From: Mizuhopecten yessoensis
Taxonomy: Eukaryota
Reading direction: 5' to 3'
NCBI RefSeq assembly: GCF_002113885.1
Contig: NW_018407247.1
Coordinates: forward strand, 285,317 to 349,316
Length of the DNA: 64,000 nucleotides
In this document: positions 39,121 to 52,470 of the stretch, piece after piece
Layout of the letters: each line of letters starts with the position of its first letter
Position numbering within the stretch: the stretch's first letter is position 1
Made by a program: the position numbers and the translations under genes
The notes under the pieces: generated by a model
Told to the model about the DNA's origin: nothing
Databases searched by the model: none
Seen by the model: the letters and a program-made list of their open reading frames with translations, nothing else

Positions 39121-39906
39121 TCATGAGCCAAAAAAGTGGACACAGTATTTCGACGAAATCAAATGACCATCGATAGAATTACTTTAAGCTGAATTTAACA
39201 AATCACAGATTTTGCAGACACGAGACCTATGTTCAGTAACTATACAAACAAAATCATGTTAGTTATAATCTATTCATACAAATAAGTTAATCATAAGTAT
39301 TCTCTTTATCGAATTATTCAACCTCAAGCGTATTGGCATAAAAAGGTTATGCCATGTTCCAGTACAATGGTCGTTCAATTTAACAGGTGGCAAACTTGTT
39401 ATTTTTTTTGTGTAACGTTGAAAATCGATGTAGTGCATTATATATCCAGTCCATCCATTGATCTGTTGATATATGATTTTATTGATACATTATTGTACCA
39501 ATGTTACCGCGAAGTGTGGTATACGTCTTTACTATGGAACACGTCACCATTACAAGAAAATATGACAAAAAAACTCTCTCTTCTCAATTATGTCATCTAC
39601 AATATGACAGACAGAATGTATTGTGTCGGTATGGTCTATAAATCATGCTTGTAAATACTGATTTCGGTGATGAAGATGGTTTTATAATATTATCTAGTAA
39701 ATGTCATTAAAGGTAAGTTTTCCATCAATGGATATTATTACGTTCAACCCAGATGTTATTAAATACTTTTTTTTCCTTATCCCCCCCCCNNNNNNNNNNN
39801 NNNNNNNNNNNNNNNNNNNNNNNNNNNNNNNNNNNNNNNNNNNNNNNNNNNNNNNNNNNNNNNNNNNNNNNNNNNNNNNNNNNNNNNNNNNNNNNNNNNN
39901 NNNNNN

Positions 39907-42030
39907 TCCTCTAAGGTAGGTTTGAATGTAGTAATGTGTAGTTAGTAGATAATGTGGTCCTCTAAGGTAGATTTGACTGTAGTAATGTGTAGTCAGTAGA
40001 TAATGCGTTCCTCTAAGGTAGCTTTGACTGTGGTAATGTGTAGTTAGTAGATAATGTGGTCCTCTAAGGTAGCTTTGACTGTGGTGATGTGTAGTCAGTA
40101 GATAATGTGGTCCTCTAAGGTAGGTTTGACTGTAGTAATGTGAAGTTAGTAGATAATGTGGTCTTCTAAGGTAGGTTTGACTGTAGTAATGTGAAGTTAG
40201 TAGATAATGTGGTCCTCTAAGGTAGATTTGACTGTAGTAATGTGTAGTTAGTAGATAATGCGGTTATCTAAGGTAGGTTTGACTGTGGTAATGTGTAGTT
40301 AGTAGATAATGCGGTCCTCTAAGGTAGGTTTGGCTGTAGTAATGTGTATTTAGTAGATAATGCAGTCCTCTAAGGTAGGTTTGACTGTAGTGACGTGTAG
40401 TTAGTAGATAATGTGGTCCTCTAAGGTATGCTTGACTGTAGTCATGTGTAGTTAGTAGATAATGTGGTCTTCTAAGGTAGATTTGACTGTAGTGATGTGT
40501 CGTTAGTAGATAATGTGGTCCTCTAAGGTATGCTTGACTGTAGTCATGTGTAGTTAGTAGATAATGTGGTCTTCTATGGTAGATTTGATTGTAGTAATGT
40601 GTAGTTAGTAGATAATGCGGTCCTCTAAGGTAGGTTTGACTGTAGTAATGTGTATTTAGTAGATAATGCAGTCCTCTAAGGTAGGTTTGACTGTAGTGAT
40701 GTGTAGTTAGTAGATAACGTGGTCCTCTAAGGTAGGTTTGACTGTAGTGATGTGTAGTTGGTAGATAATGTGGTCCTCTAAGGTAGGTTTGACTATAGTA
40801 ATGTGTAGTTAGTAGATAATGTGGTCTTCTAAGGTAGATTTGACTGTAGTAATGTGTAGTTAGTAGATAATGTGATCCTCTAAGGTAGGTTTGACTGTAG
40901 TAATGTGTAGTTATTAGATAATGTGTTCTTCTAAGGTAGGTTTGACTGTAGTAATGTGTAGTTAGTAGATAATGCGGTTATCTAAGGTAGGTTTGACTGT
41001 AGTAATGTGTAGTTATTAGATAATGTGGTCTTCTAAGGTAGGTTTGACTGTAGTAATGTGAAGTTAGTAGATAATGTGGTCCTCTAAGGTAGATTTGTCT
41101 GTAGTAATGTGTAGTTAGTAGATAATGCGGTCCTCTCAGGTAGATTTGACTGTAGTAATGTGTAGTTAGTATATAATGTGATCCTCTAAGGTAGGTTTGA
41201 CTGTAGTAATGTGTAGTTAGTAGATAATGCGGTTATCTAAGGTAGGTTTGACTGTAGTAATGTGTAGTCAGTAGATAATGCGGTTATCTAAGGTAGGTTT
41301 GACTGTAGTAATGTGTAGTCAGTAGATAATTAGATAATGTGGTCCTCTAAGGTAGATTTGACTGTAGTTATGTGTAGTCAGTAGATAATGCGGTTATCTA
41401 AGGTAGGTTTGACTGTAGTAATGTGTAGTTAGTAGATAATGCGGTTATCTAAGGTAGGTTTGACTGTGGTAATGTGTAGTTAGTAGATAAGGCGGTCCTC
41501 TAAGGTAGGTTTGACTGTAGTAATGTGTAGTCAGTAGATAATTAGATAATGTGGTCCTCTAAGGTAGATTTGACTGTAGTTATGTGTAGTCAGTAGATAA
41601 TGCGGTTATCTAAGGTAGGTTTGACTGTGGTAATGTGTAGTTAGTAGATAAGGCGGTCCTCTAAGGTAGGTTTGACTGTAGTAATGTGAAGTTAGTAGAT
41701 AATGTGGTCCTCTAAGGTAGATTTGACTGTAGTTATGTGTAGTCAGTAGATAATGCGGTTATCTAAGGTAGGTTTGACTGTGGTAATGTGTAGTTAGTAG
41801 ATAAGGCGGTCCTCTAAGGTAGGTTTGACTGTAGTAATGTGAAGTTAGTAGATAATGTGGTCCTCTAAGGTAGATTTGACTGTAGTAATGTGTAGTTAGT
41901 AGATAATGCGGTCCTCTAAGGTAGATTTGACTGTAGTAATGTGTAGTCAGTAGATAATGCGGTTATCTAAGGTTGGTTTAACTGTAGTAATGTGTATTTA
42001 GTAGAACATGTAGCTATACGGTAGATTTGC
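39907..42030. repeat. 51-bp satellite (~41 copies) adjoining a gap
   Basis: Unit GGTCCTCTAAGGTAGGTTTGACTGTAGTAATGTGTAGTTAGTAGATAATGT. Confidence 0.98.
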
Positions 42031-42297
42031 CTGTAGTTTTATAAAGGTATGTCTTGCATCAGTTAGCTGTATTTGCTTTTCTTAGGCAGGTTTGAATTTA
42101 GTCATAGGCACATTGTAGCTACATGTGGTCTTCTTAGGCAAGGATTGAGCACAATCACGATTCACAATTTTGTTTCAATCTTAGTGTAACGTTTTTATTA
42201 TTGGTTAAAACAGTTGAACCACATTGCCGTTCATCACTTCACGATAGCCCAACTATTAATTAGATATTGCTCTGCCTTGTTATATCAACGTTGCAAT

Positions 42298-43200
42298 TAA
42301 CAAGATACGTGAACAAGATACATGATACATGAACAAGATACATGAACAAGATACATGAACATGATACATGAACAAGATGCATGAACAAGATACATGAACA
42401 AGATACAAGATACATGAACAAGATACATGAACAAGATACATAACATGAACAAGGTACATGATACATGATACATGAACAAGATACATGATACATGAACAAG
42501 ATACATGAACAAGATACATGAACAAGATACATGATACATGCTACATGATACATAAACAAGATACAAGATACATGAACAAGATACATGATACATGAACATG
42601 ATACATGCTACATGAACAAGATACCTGAACATGATACATGAACAAGATACATGATACATGAACAAGATAATGAACAAGATACATGATACATGAACAAGAT
42701 ACATGATACATGAACAAGATACATGAACATGATACATGAACAAGATACATGATACATGAACAAGGTACATGAACAAGATACATGATACATAAACAAGATA
42801 CAAGATACATGAACATGATACATGCTACATGAACAAGATACATGAACATGATACATGAACAAGATACATGATACATGATGCATGAACAAGATACAAGATA
42901 CATGAACAAGATAAAGATACATGAACAAGATACATGAACAAGATACATGAACAAGATACATGGACAAGATACAAGATACATGAAAAAGATACATGAACAA
43001 GATACATGAACATGATACATGAACAAGATACATGAACAAGATACATGAACAAGATACATGACCAAGATACATGAACAAGATACATGAACAAGATACATGA
43101 ACAAGATACATGATACATGAACAAGATACATGAACAAGATGCATGAACAAGATGCATGAACAAGATACATGATACATGAACAAGATACATGAACAAGATG
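42298..43200. repeat. Compound 13-bp/7-bp simple repeat (GATACAT / GAACAA modules)
   Basis: Irregular concatenation of GATACATGAACAA and GATACAT. Confidence 0.97.
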
Positions 43201-46200
43201 CAACACACAAGAAACTTCATTTAAAGTCGCATACATGTACACATGCTCTTGAGATCTATTATTGCGACAGACATATGTATAGGAATAAAGTCGGTAGAGC
43301 GATGACAATTTTTGTATTCTAAAAAACGACTAAATATTTACGAATTTCTTAAATATAACATTTACTTCAGTGATGGAGAGCAGCTTAGGTTTAAAAGAGG
43401 ATTTTGAGTCAAAATCAATATCTGTAGACATTCTTTCCATTGGATGTTGAGCGAACTTCAGACTGTTTGGTAAATCCAAATGTTGTTGCCCTTATTTGTC
43501 ATTGGTTTATGTCGTAAATTAGCCGGTATCTCTGACAAGCCACGTCTTAGGAGCCATGTTTTGTGGACGAATAAATCTAACACTCGGCAATACCTTCATT
43601 CACAAACCCGACGATGATCAACACAAACCTCATTTGCATGTAAAATTCACCCACGTGTTTCTATAGACAGCCAGGCGCCCTGTGGAGATAACATTTAGTC
43701 AGCACCTAAGTATGATTAAGCCTCTATAATTACTCTTCCGATTTTAGTTTAAGTGTTTAGTGAAGATCTATTTAGTGCGGCTCAGTTTTCGGTTGAAAAT
43801 AGCATTGCTGTTTGCTTGACCTTTGTTTTAAAATATAAAAATTAAAACTTTTGGATTTTGAAGAAAAGAAATTGCCAAATATTGTAGCTTTGCAGGCTTG
43901 AATGGTTTAATTCCTCGCCGATCATCAAACATAACTAATCAATACAGGTCTTCATCAGTATCGACTTATTCAAGTCCGGTATAGCTGTTCGTTTGGTGGC
44001 ATTCTGTTTTGCGTTCTTTTAGAAGTTCAGGTCGCGCGGTATCCACAGATGATAGTCCGGTAAAAAGGGACTTGAAAAGTGTAATCTCGGTCCAATTTTA
44101 TAACTTGGATATTGTGCAGTGGTATATAGCACTTGATTGGCTAGCCAAATGTACTCAAGGAAAAAAGACAGCGATCCCAGCGTCCATTTACAGCAGCAGT
44201 CGGATGCTTAATTGTTTGATGGCAAGGACGCTAAGGAAACTTTAGATTCTTGAAGAGCCTCTAACGTGAGATTGGATATTGCAGATCTTTTATATTCTAA
44301 AAAAAAGTATTTGATTATTTCCCGGGAGAGAAGTGAGATTAAACCATTTATTTAAGACATTTGCATAAATATACTGAATATTCTTTATGATTCGAAATAA
44401 ACAGACTAGTATGATGAAAGTTAATCGTTTATAAATCTCAAAACAATAATTTCACGATACTTTACTACCATATATATTAGCAAGAGGTATGATGTAAACA
44501 AGAAAGAATGATAATATGAGAATATGTCCTGCGCAAAATAAGAGTATTTTCCCAAGAACAAACTTGTGCTCCTTCCCTGGCCGACTTCTTTTTATATGAG
44601 TGTGCTATATTGGTGATCTCTTGCTGTTATCAGTTTTTAAATAGCAAGAAACTTCATGGCCACATTGATCTACATTACTCCCTTAACTGTCTCCTTAACA
44701 GGCGAATGCACCGTAAGCTTTACCACATCAGCCGCTTAGCTGGATCTTTACTTAACATGACCAACATGGACATTCTGGTCATTGTCTTTACCTTTCCTGA
44801 TAGTAGCGTCTTTGACCCTCCACCCCCACCTTCGGTAACTGTAGTGAATGGAGCAGGTAGATATCGTGTCCAGGAGAAGTTGAATATTTCATTCCCAGAT
44901 CCTAGGACGGTCTACACAAGTGTTTTACACCATAAAACACGAAACTGGTTATTTATGTGCCGAGTGCAAGAAAGTAACACAATTATTTTCTTGGAGGAGT
45001 ATCCACCACCCAACCTCAATTCACAGTATAAGGGAACGTTTATTGGATCAAATCACTCAACTTTAGCAAAACTGGACGACACTGAAACACGTTTCGGGAA
45101 CATTCAATCAACAGTGTGCATATAACACCTTATAATAGTTGATAGACAAAAACAAACACAAACACAAACATAATTAATCAGTCTTATGTGTCGACTACAA
45201 AATAGGAGATTTGTTAGATAAATTTGACAATTTGACATAAAAGCAGACACATATCCAATCATGAAATATAAGTGATAATTATAATATTACCTATTTTGAG
45301 GAACAACAGGACAAATACTGTGAAATGACGCCATTGGAATTCCTCATAAAAGGTCTTCAACTCATTTATTATAATGATCATAATATAATGATGTACACTT
45401 AACCAAACTGCACTCAATATAAAACACATTTCCAGAACAAACCTGTATAATAATAGCAAAGTTTGTAAAATTCAAGAACAAAGACATTGGGTGAGGTAAA
45501 ATATTCATAGTTCTGCAGAGAAGGTAAACTTTTCACAGTTCTGCAGAAAATGTAAAATATTCACAGTTTCTGCAGAAAAGTTGAAATATTCTTAGTTCTG
45601 TAGAGAAACTGAACAATTTTCGAAGGAAATTCATGGCCGAATAAATATATATTTTTTCACATCTTAAAGCGGATAAACAGAGTTATGTCTCAACAAATAC
45701 AGATTTATCTATTTATGACGAGCAATATACACACAGCCAATCACGGAGCTGTATCAGCACGCGAGTTCAATCCGGGACATGGAGATCACAGTCAAGGACG
45801 TGAGATAATAGTCAAGGTCGAAGTAAGCAAGTTCAAGGTCGCGAAAGAATACACTAAGAACACTTCAACTGCTGTCCGCTGTTGGCCCCCTAGACTTATT
45901 AATGATTCTCTATATAGGTCTGTACCAGAAACTGTTCTGTTAAATACTCTCCATAAATGCGTGCGGAGTATTGTTTCAAAACACGATATTTTTTGTTTCA
46001 ATTAAAACATTTGTTTTGAGGTATGCTGTATTATACATGTTAAAGATCACACTCACTGTCCAATTTCATATCATGTAGAATTCATTTTGTTTAACTTATG
46101 AACATCTGCTTTCAAATATGTATTATGTTTTAAAGTTAAGAAGGGACATGTGCTTTGCATTCTTTGACATTGTAAATGCATCCCTAGAGGGTACACTTTG

Positions 46201-47904
46201 TATGTTAATGAATAAAGGCTGAGCTAAACTCTGGGAATAGCAAAATCTGTCTCATTCGTGATAGTAACTCTACAGTAAGAAAAAAATATGAAACAAAATC
46301 ATTGATAAAAATGTAAAATTTCATTTAAGGAAAATGGATTTCATGGATATCATCAAGATGAATTGACAGATGCTTTTGATCTGCTAGGTTACTCAATGAA
46401 TAGAAGAGATAATTGTTATGTAGGTAGGATTCATTTCGAAAATAAAATGACAAAGTTTTGTATAATTAATGGTGTGTGGTAAATAGCGGGGTTAAACGAG
46501 GTAAGTATACGACAACAACAACAAAGCTGGTTGATTATTTTATTTCTGATACTGGTGCAATATGGATAATATGGAAGCTGTGCTTCATAAGATAGTTCCG
46601 TCAAAGATAGAACTAAGCATTAGTATGAAAAAAATCATCAGTTGAACAAGGTTTTAACAGATCAATAAGAGGGCATGAGGTGTTATCAATATCAAGGAGG
46701 CTAAATCCTTAATATAAATACAATGTAGGTACATGGATAAGAAATCATCATAAAAGAGATAAGTGTATATCTCTTATAGAAATCACCCAAATGAGATAAT
46801 TAATTTCGAATTTTTGAAAAAGAGGAATTCAAGTTGCTGTGTGTAGTAAAGTAAATAAATATTATACCAAAAGCGATTTGTCGGTTATCAAGCGTAAAAC
46901 CAAACGTGGGTAGTACGGTGACTAAATGGTACAAACAATCTGGTACTGAGATAAGGTAAGACATGATGTCTTTATTTGCTAACAGAGCTCATACTATCCA
47001 ACCTCTAACCCCATCGATTTTTGACTGTCATTTATGGATCTCTATAAAAGATTTGATGTCGAAACAATTTATTTTATTTCCTTGCCCAAGGAGATACAAA
47101 CAAAGTCATTAATTTCAAGTGATTCTTTAAACCTCTTGAAACAATTGATGAATTGACATCCGGTACAGATTCGTTTCTCTACACACGCCGACCATAAGTC
47201 AAGTCCGGATCTTTCAAACGTTTGATCTGTTTTTGAGTTTCGTATTTAAACACCGCTAAAAAGTAATGTCTCAATCGTGCAAACGCTTGATTGATAGTCA
47301 TAAATCTCCGTGTATTGAAACATTCCTCAAGTGTTTGACCTCAAACAGTTTCGTTTTATACTACGAATTGAAATTGGCCGAAGTAGGGATGGAAAATAGT
47401 AATTACTGCGACGTTTATTCGAGCGAACATGGTGGAAAGTGTCACCGTATTCTTGTGTCCCCGCTTGATAGATGTGACATCCTAATTTGCCAGCCGGCAG
47501 TGTAGAGACTGTCAGCGGGGGACTGAAGCAAGAAAAAGTAAATTGGCGGTCGATCCTACCTCTTGATTGAAGCATTGTTGATGTAATCAGTTCGATTTAG
47601 TATGAGTACTAAGCTACACTCGCCTATGATTAATCAGGGGATTTCTATCTTCGGTTATTCTCACTGCGCGGTCACATTGCCACAATCGTATCGTACTTAA
47701 CACAGACTGCTTAAGGAGTTTTTAACGTGTAACAGAAAATTAGATGAGAGATTTGTCATCAATTTAGACTTAACCTACGTCAAAAATAAAATGGTGTCAG
47801 ACTATCTACGTTTTCCAAGATTCCAATTTGTTTTCTGTCTAAAAGCAAGTTTCAGGAAATCGGTCGTCTGCTTACATCCTACGTGGTGATATACACCAGC
47901 AAAT

Positions 47905-48101
47905 TTTACATGGCACGGACCACAAATTTTACATGACACGGGACACGAAATTACATGACACGGGACACAAACTTTACATGACACGGGACACAAACTTTAC
48001 ATGACACGGGACACAAACTTTACATGGCACGGGACACAAACTTTACATGGCACGGGACACAAACTTTACATGACACGGGACACACACTTTACATGGCACG
48101 G
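47905..48101. repeat. 23-bp tandem repeat x~8 (ACATGACACGGGACACAAACTTT)
   Basis: Tandem copies are directly visible. Confidence 0.95.
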
Positions 48102-48934
48102 GCTTATTACACTTGTTACAAATGGGTATGGCGCTTACTTTAAAGATCATACTGCAGTCAAGTACATCGCGGTATCGGATGATTCCCTGCTAATTATTTA
48201 GTTGTAATATGCGTCAAGTATATGTAGAGAAGTTTCTACCCGAATTCCCTGTGTGTCAAAACACTTTTAATGTGGGGAAAACCCATATGTTTAACTGTGA
48301 TTCCATATTGTTCAAAGTAGCTACTTTGACGGCATGCAAAAAAATGATGTACGGCTTTTCTTTCGGATAAGGATATACTAGATCCCGGATGGATATCTAA
48401 ATTTGCCGAAATAGATTTATTTTTATTTTATTTACTTTACTGTTTGTTACATTTAGGCCGAAACAAGGACAAGTGTGCTATACCGCTTCTTCATGATAGC
48501 CGGTATCTACACCGACTTCACATGGTATGTTATATCGAGGAATAAACCTACTGTACGGATTAGTGGAATGTGTAGTAGCTTGCGAATTTTAGAAAAAAAA
48601 AAACTGCTCGGGGGGAAAGACAGACAATCAGAATTCAATGGCATTCTGTATAACTGTCCAATATGTGATGTTCAATAACTGTTACATATTATATCGACAC
48701 CAACTTTACTACGTCAGACTCTAGTTTAAAAGACATACAGTGCAAGTACAATCCGCCAAACGAAATTGGAAAACGGTCACAGAAAAATAAGCTTAAAATG
48801 TACATGCCCATGACCTCATAAGGCATAAATCTGCTACACCCATTGCAATTGTTTCAATCTTTTTATTTCTTCCTACTTTTAACTACTTTTAACTACCTTT
48901 TATTTCCTATCGCCTTGCCTGGCAACTCCACACT

Positions 48935-49330
48935 GTTGGCTTTAATGTTGAGCTTTCGCCCAGGTGAGGAAGGCAATAGGTTCTGACCCCTGGCCAGGTC
49001 ATACATGTACCCAAAGTCCTAAAAAATGGTAGTTGTTATTTCCTGCTTCACGTTCAGCTTTAAGGATATTGGCAACAACTGGTTCACCCCTTGTCAGTAT
49101 AATGTGACATGATTGAATGCTGTGCTGGGTGCCTTCGGCATGATATTCAGTGAGATAGCACTATAAAGTCGGCATCATATCCGAGCTATCACCAGGAGGC
49201 AAAAACAACAAAATACTCTGTCTCCGTCACACATGCACGCAAGCGCGCATATACAACACACATGGAGGCACGTCCTTAAATGGCCTTAGTTGTCGATCCG
49301 ACGTTAAACAAACAATGCCAAACCAAACAA
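48935..49330 (+). mobile_element. SINE with Meta- and Deu/Nin-like domains
   Basis: Degenerate tRNA head, then AAAAATGGTAGTTG..CCTGCTT..CGTTCAGC, then TGTCAGTATAATGTGAC...GGCATGATATTCAGTGAGATAGCACTATAAAGT, then tail CACGTCCTTAAATGGCC...GACGTTAAAC. Confidence 0.75.
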
Positions 49331-49677
49331 AACCGATCAGCTTACAACTTAATGAGATAAATAAGAAGTGACCACCTACGGGAAGTAGAATATATTAGTT
49401 ATTCGTTGTTGAGATCAGAAATAAAGATGAATTGCACGTTTACCACAAGTGACAGTAAATAACGAAACGTTTATTCCATTTCGCTACGGCCGCTCATATG
49501 GTGTGTAAATAAATGTTTCCCCGTTCATACTTGCATGAACACCGGAAAAATCCAGATTCAATCCCTATATGGTCAATGCCTACGCGTGTCCTCTTACAGA
49601 AAGGTATTGAAATGATATAAGTTTTTGACAGATATGTCATCGAAACATTTATTACCAAGTGTTCTTTCTACAAACTA

Positions 49678-49794
49678 AACGTGTCGCAACGTTTCAAGAC
49701 CGACTGGTCACGTGTCGCAACATTTCAAAACAGATTGGTCCCTGGCTGGTCGTTGACAAAAGGACCAGGCGGTCTTGAAACGTTGCAACACGTT
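49678..49794. mobile_element. Mini-MITE with ~32-bp TIRs and an internal duplicate of the left TIR
   Basis: AACGTGTCGCAACGTTTCAAGACCG / CGGTCTTGAAACGTTGCAACACGTT. Confidence 0.75.
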
Positions 49795-50030
49795 CAAGAC
49801 GTATAGTGTTCGTATATTAAGTAAAACGATTCATCATCTATAATACAAACGCATGTCTATACAATGGCAACACTCTGAGGTAGAATGATGGATTTGATCA
49901 TTTCTACGCCATTACAAAGCAAAGTAATTATATGTACATGCGTTACGGTAGCAGTGTATCATCCATGTAGCATAAAAGCTGCGTCTCAGAAAAAAATTCC
50001 CAACATGTTGCATGCTGCACGAAACAAACA

Positions 50031-50275
50031 CCAGGGCCCAGTTGTTCAAAAGATGATTAGCTTAATCACTGTTTAACGACATTTTTCAACCTTTGATAAT
50101 TTCGTCAATATACAAGGTAAAAACTCGTAATTTTACACGTACATTTGCTCTACTAAATACTGGATATCTGGACAGTTTTAACTCGGTCAATGGTTGTGTT
50201 TCAAAGATACACATACATTGAAATTTGCGGTAATCACTGATGAAGCTAATCGCCCTTTGAACAACTGGGCCCTGG
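50031..50275. mobile_element. MITE, possibly PIF/Harbinger-derived
   Basis: TIR CCAGGGCCCAGTTGTTCAAA..GATTAGCTT / AAGCTAATC..TTTGAACAACTGGGCCCTGG, with CWG at both junctions. Confidence 0.85.
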
Positions 50276-50539
50276 ACTGGGACAAACTTGAATGCACTAT
50301 TGATATACGATCATTCTGTAGAAAAGTTGAGATTGATGTGACATGGGTTGGGGGAAACAATTTCCTCTCTGTCAAAGGTTGTATAGTGCAAATTAAAAGT
50401 GCTACTGATGGCTGTGGAAAATAATCTACGGATGATGAAATTGAATTTTGTTTTCAATAATGTAAGGTTAGGACAAAAGAACACTTGAAACACTTGTTCA
50501 GATATATCTTTGCTGTATGTAACAGTTGTTTCTTATAAA

Positions 50540-50740
50540 AGTGGTTAAGGCGTCTAACATTCTGCTACCACAAGCCCTCTACCATTGGGTAGCGGGTTCA
50601 ATGTTTACGTGGGGCAGTCGCCAAGCACTGGCCTTAGGTCGGTGGTTTTCTCCGGGAACTCCGGCTTTCCTCCACCACCAAAACCTTGCACGTCCTTAAA
50701 TAACCATAGTTGTCAATAGGATGTAAAACACAAACAAAAC
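50540..50740 (+). mobile_element. V-domain SINE, near full length
   Basis: GTGGTTAAGGCGTC...GGGTTCAAT head, V core GGTTTTCTCCGGGAACTCCGGCTTTCCTCCACC, tail GCACGTCCTTAAAT...(CAAA)n. Confidence 0.88.
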
Positions 50741-51567
50741 TTTATAAACGTGAATATCGAGTACTTTTCTGCTTTAGTTGAAAATATTGGTACAGTTATG
50801 ATGTATCGCCATTTATCTTCATTTAGATTTGTGTGACAGTGATGACAATAAAACTACTCTTAAGTTACGAAAACAGTGACATCTAGTCTTCTATACGTCA
50901 GAGTTCTACACCATGACACCTTAATCTTTTACAAATTATAAAAAAAAAAAGATATATATATATATGTTATGATATATTGATGATAGATTCAGCTTCATAT
51001 TGCATATAACATATATCCGGTCAGCATGCATCTCGGTATTTTAAAAAGAATAAGGAATATCTAATTTCTTACATCGAAGGTTCCTACATTGTCAGTGCAT
51101 ACGTTACCTACAGAACAATATTTTCCAATAAATGATGACATTAAGTCGGCCTTATGAGATTTCAAATAGCATTAACGTCTGACCACTAAATACAGAATGA
51201 CCAGACAATCGAATATAGAAAGGTCCCACGTGAAAACCGCGCGCATTGATTGGGTGCATACCCAGTGATAATCATAATAGATTTACGCATTTCAGAAACG
51301 AAATAATACGACAGTGTACGGGGTAACGCTCATCTTTAGACTTTGTATTGAATTTACTAAGACAGTCTCATCAAATCATCTATTACTTTGTTGTTCCATC
51401 TTCATAAAAGCTTATACTTCATATTGCTATAAATAAAACATAAAATACGGGATCACATACACGCTGTTTATGATTCTAAATCACGTGTCACGAACTTTAC
51501 AGACGCTTTCCCTGATTTTTTTTTTATATCTGATTAGATGCATCACAATGATAGTTTCTGCTATATA

Positions 51568-51870
51568 GGAGCCTCAGTTGTCTAGTGGTAGGACGCCGGG
51601 CTCGTGACCGAGGGGTTGCGGGGTCGAGTCACGGCACAGCACTGTGTTGTATCTTTGAGCAAGATACTTTACTCCACTTGTTCAAGTCTACTCAGCTGTA
51701 AATGAGTACGTGGTTGGGTAGTGCTAGAATTGTTGAATGCTAGCTAAGAGCGCCGAAATGGCAGCACCGGCTGTACATGTATGCTCCCAAGGGAGTTGAG
51801 AAAGATGTTGGCTGGTTGCAAGGGCCCTATAACCACGGGTAATAATTTGTGAACCGCTATGACACGACCT
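51568..51870 (+). mobile_element. CORE-domain SINE
   Basis: tRNA head (GTCTAGTGG, GGGTCGAGTC), then CORE-like GTGTTGTATCTTTGAGCAAGATACTTTAC...CAGCTGTAAATGAGTAC. Confidence 0.82.
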
Positions 51871-51904
51871 ACTAACCTCGAATTATTGTTTATATATATT
51901 TATA

Positions 51905-52470
51905 ATGAAATAGAGGATATTTAGTGGTTTCCCTCTGAATATCATAAAATATTGGACGGTTATGGCTGAATATTGATATTTTTCACGAGTGTTAAGATCG
52001 GGTACATTCTGCAATACGAGATAAAGATATATGGTATTTATCGGGAAAACCATAACATTTCCTGTGTATTACATTTCTGTGTATTACGTTTCTGTGTATT
52101 ACGTTTCTGTGTATTACATTTCCTGTGTATTACATTTCTGTGTATTACATTTCTGTGTATTACATTTCTGTGTATTACGTTTCTGTGTATTACATTTCTA
52201 AAATCAAAAGTGATGCAGTTCTAATGACGTCATGCTTGCCGACAAGGTTGTGCGCCATTTTGAAAAAAGCTACTCGACTCAATTCAAGTGTTTTTCTGCT
52301 ATTTTCTGGTAGATGTCGCTTTCAAAAGTGTTATCAATTACGTAGGTACGTTTGTACCTTAGTGTATGTACCAAAATCAAAAGTCAATTTAAAATGGACC
52401 TTATATTATCACGTGAAGCTATACCATTTCTAATATCTTCACTGCAGTGAAGACATCAACTGTAATTCAT
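51905..52470. mobile_element. Hairpin-ended non-autonomous element containing a 15-bp tandem repeat (52064-52198)
   Basis: Imperfect hairpin GAGGATATTTAGTGGTTTCCC / GGGAAAACCATAACATTTCCT, followed by (GTGTATTACATTTCT)x9. Confidence 0.55.

Noticed and set aside
42260-43308. Six long Cys/Met/His-rich ORFs (up to 255 aa)
   Set aside because: They are translations of a stop-free 13/7-bp simple repeat, open in all three minus frames.
44610-45125. 171-aa ORF
   Set aside because: TTG start, no recognisable domain or splice support. May be decayed retroelement sequence.
46300-47600. Possible decayed coding or viral sequence
   Set aside because: Many stops in all frames and no motif I could recognise.
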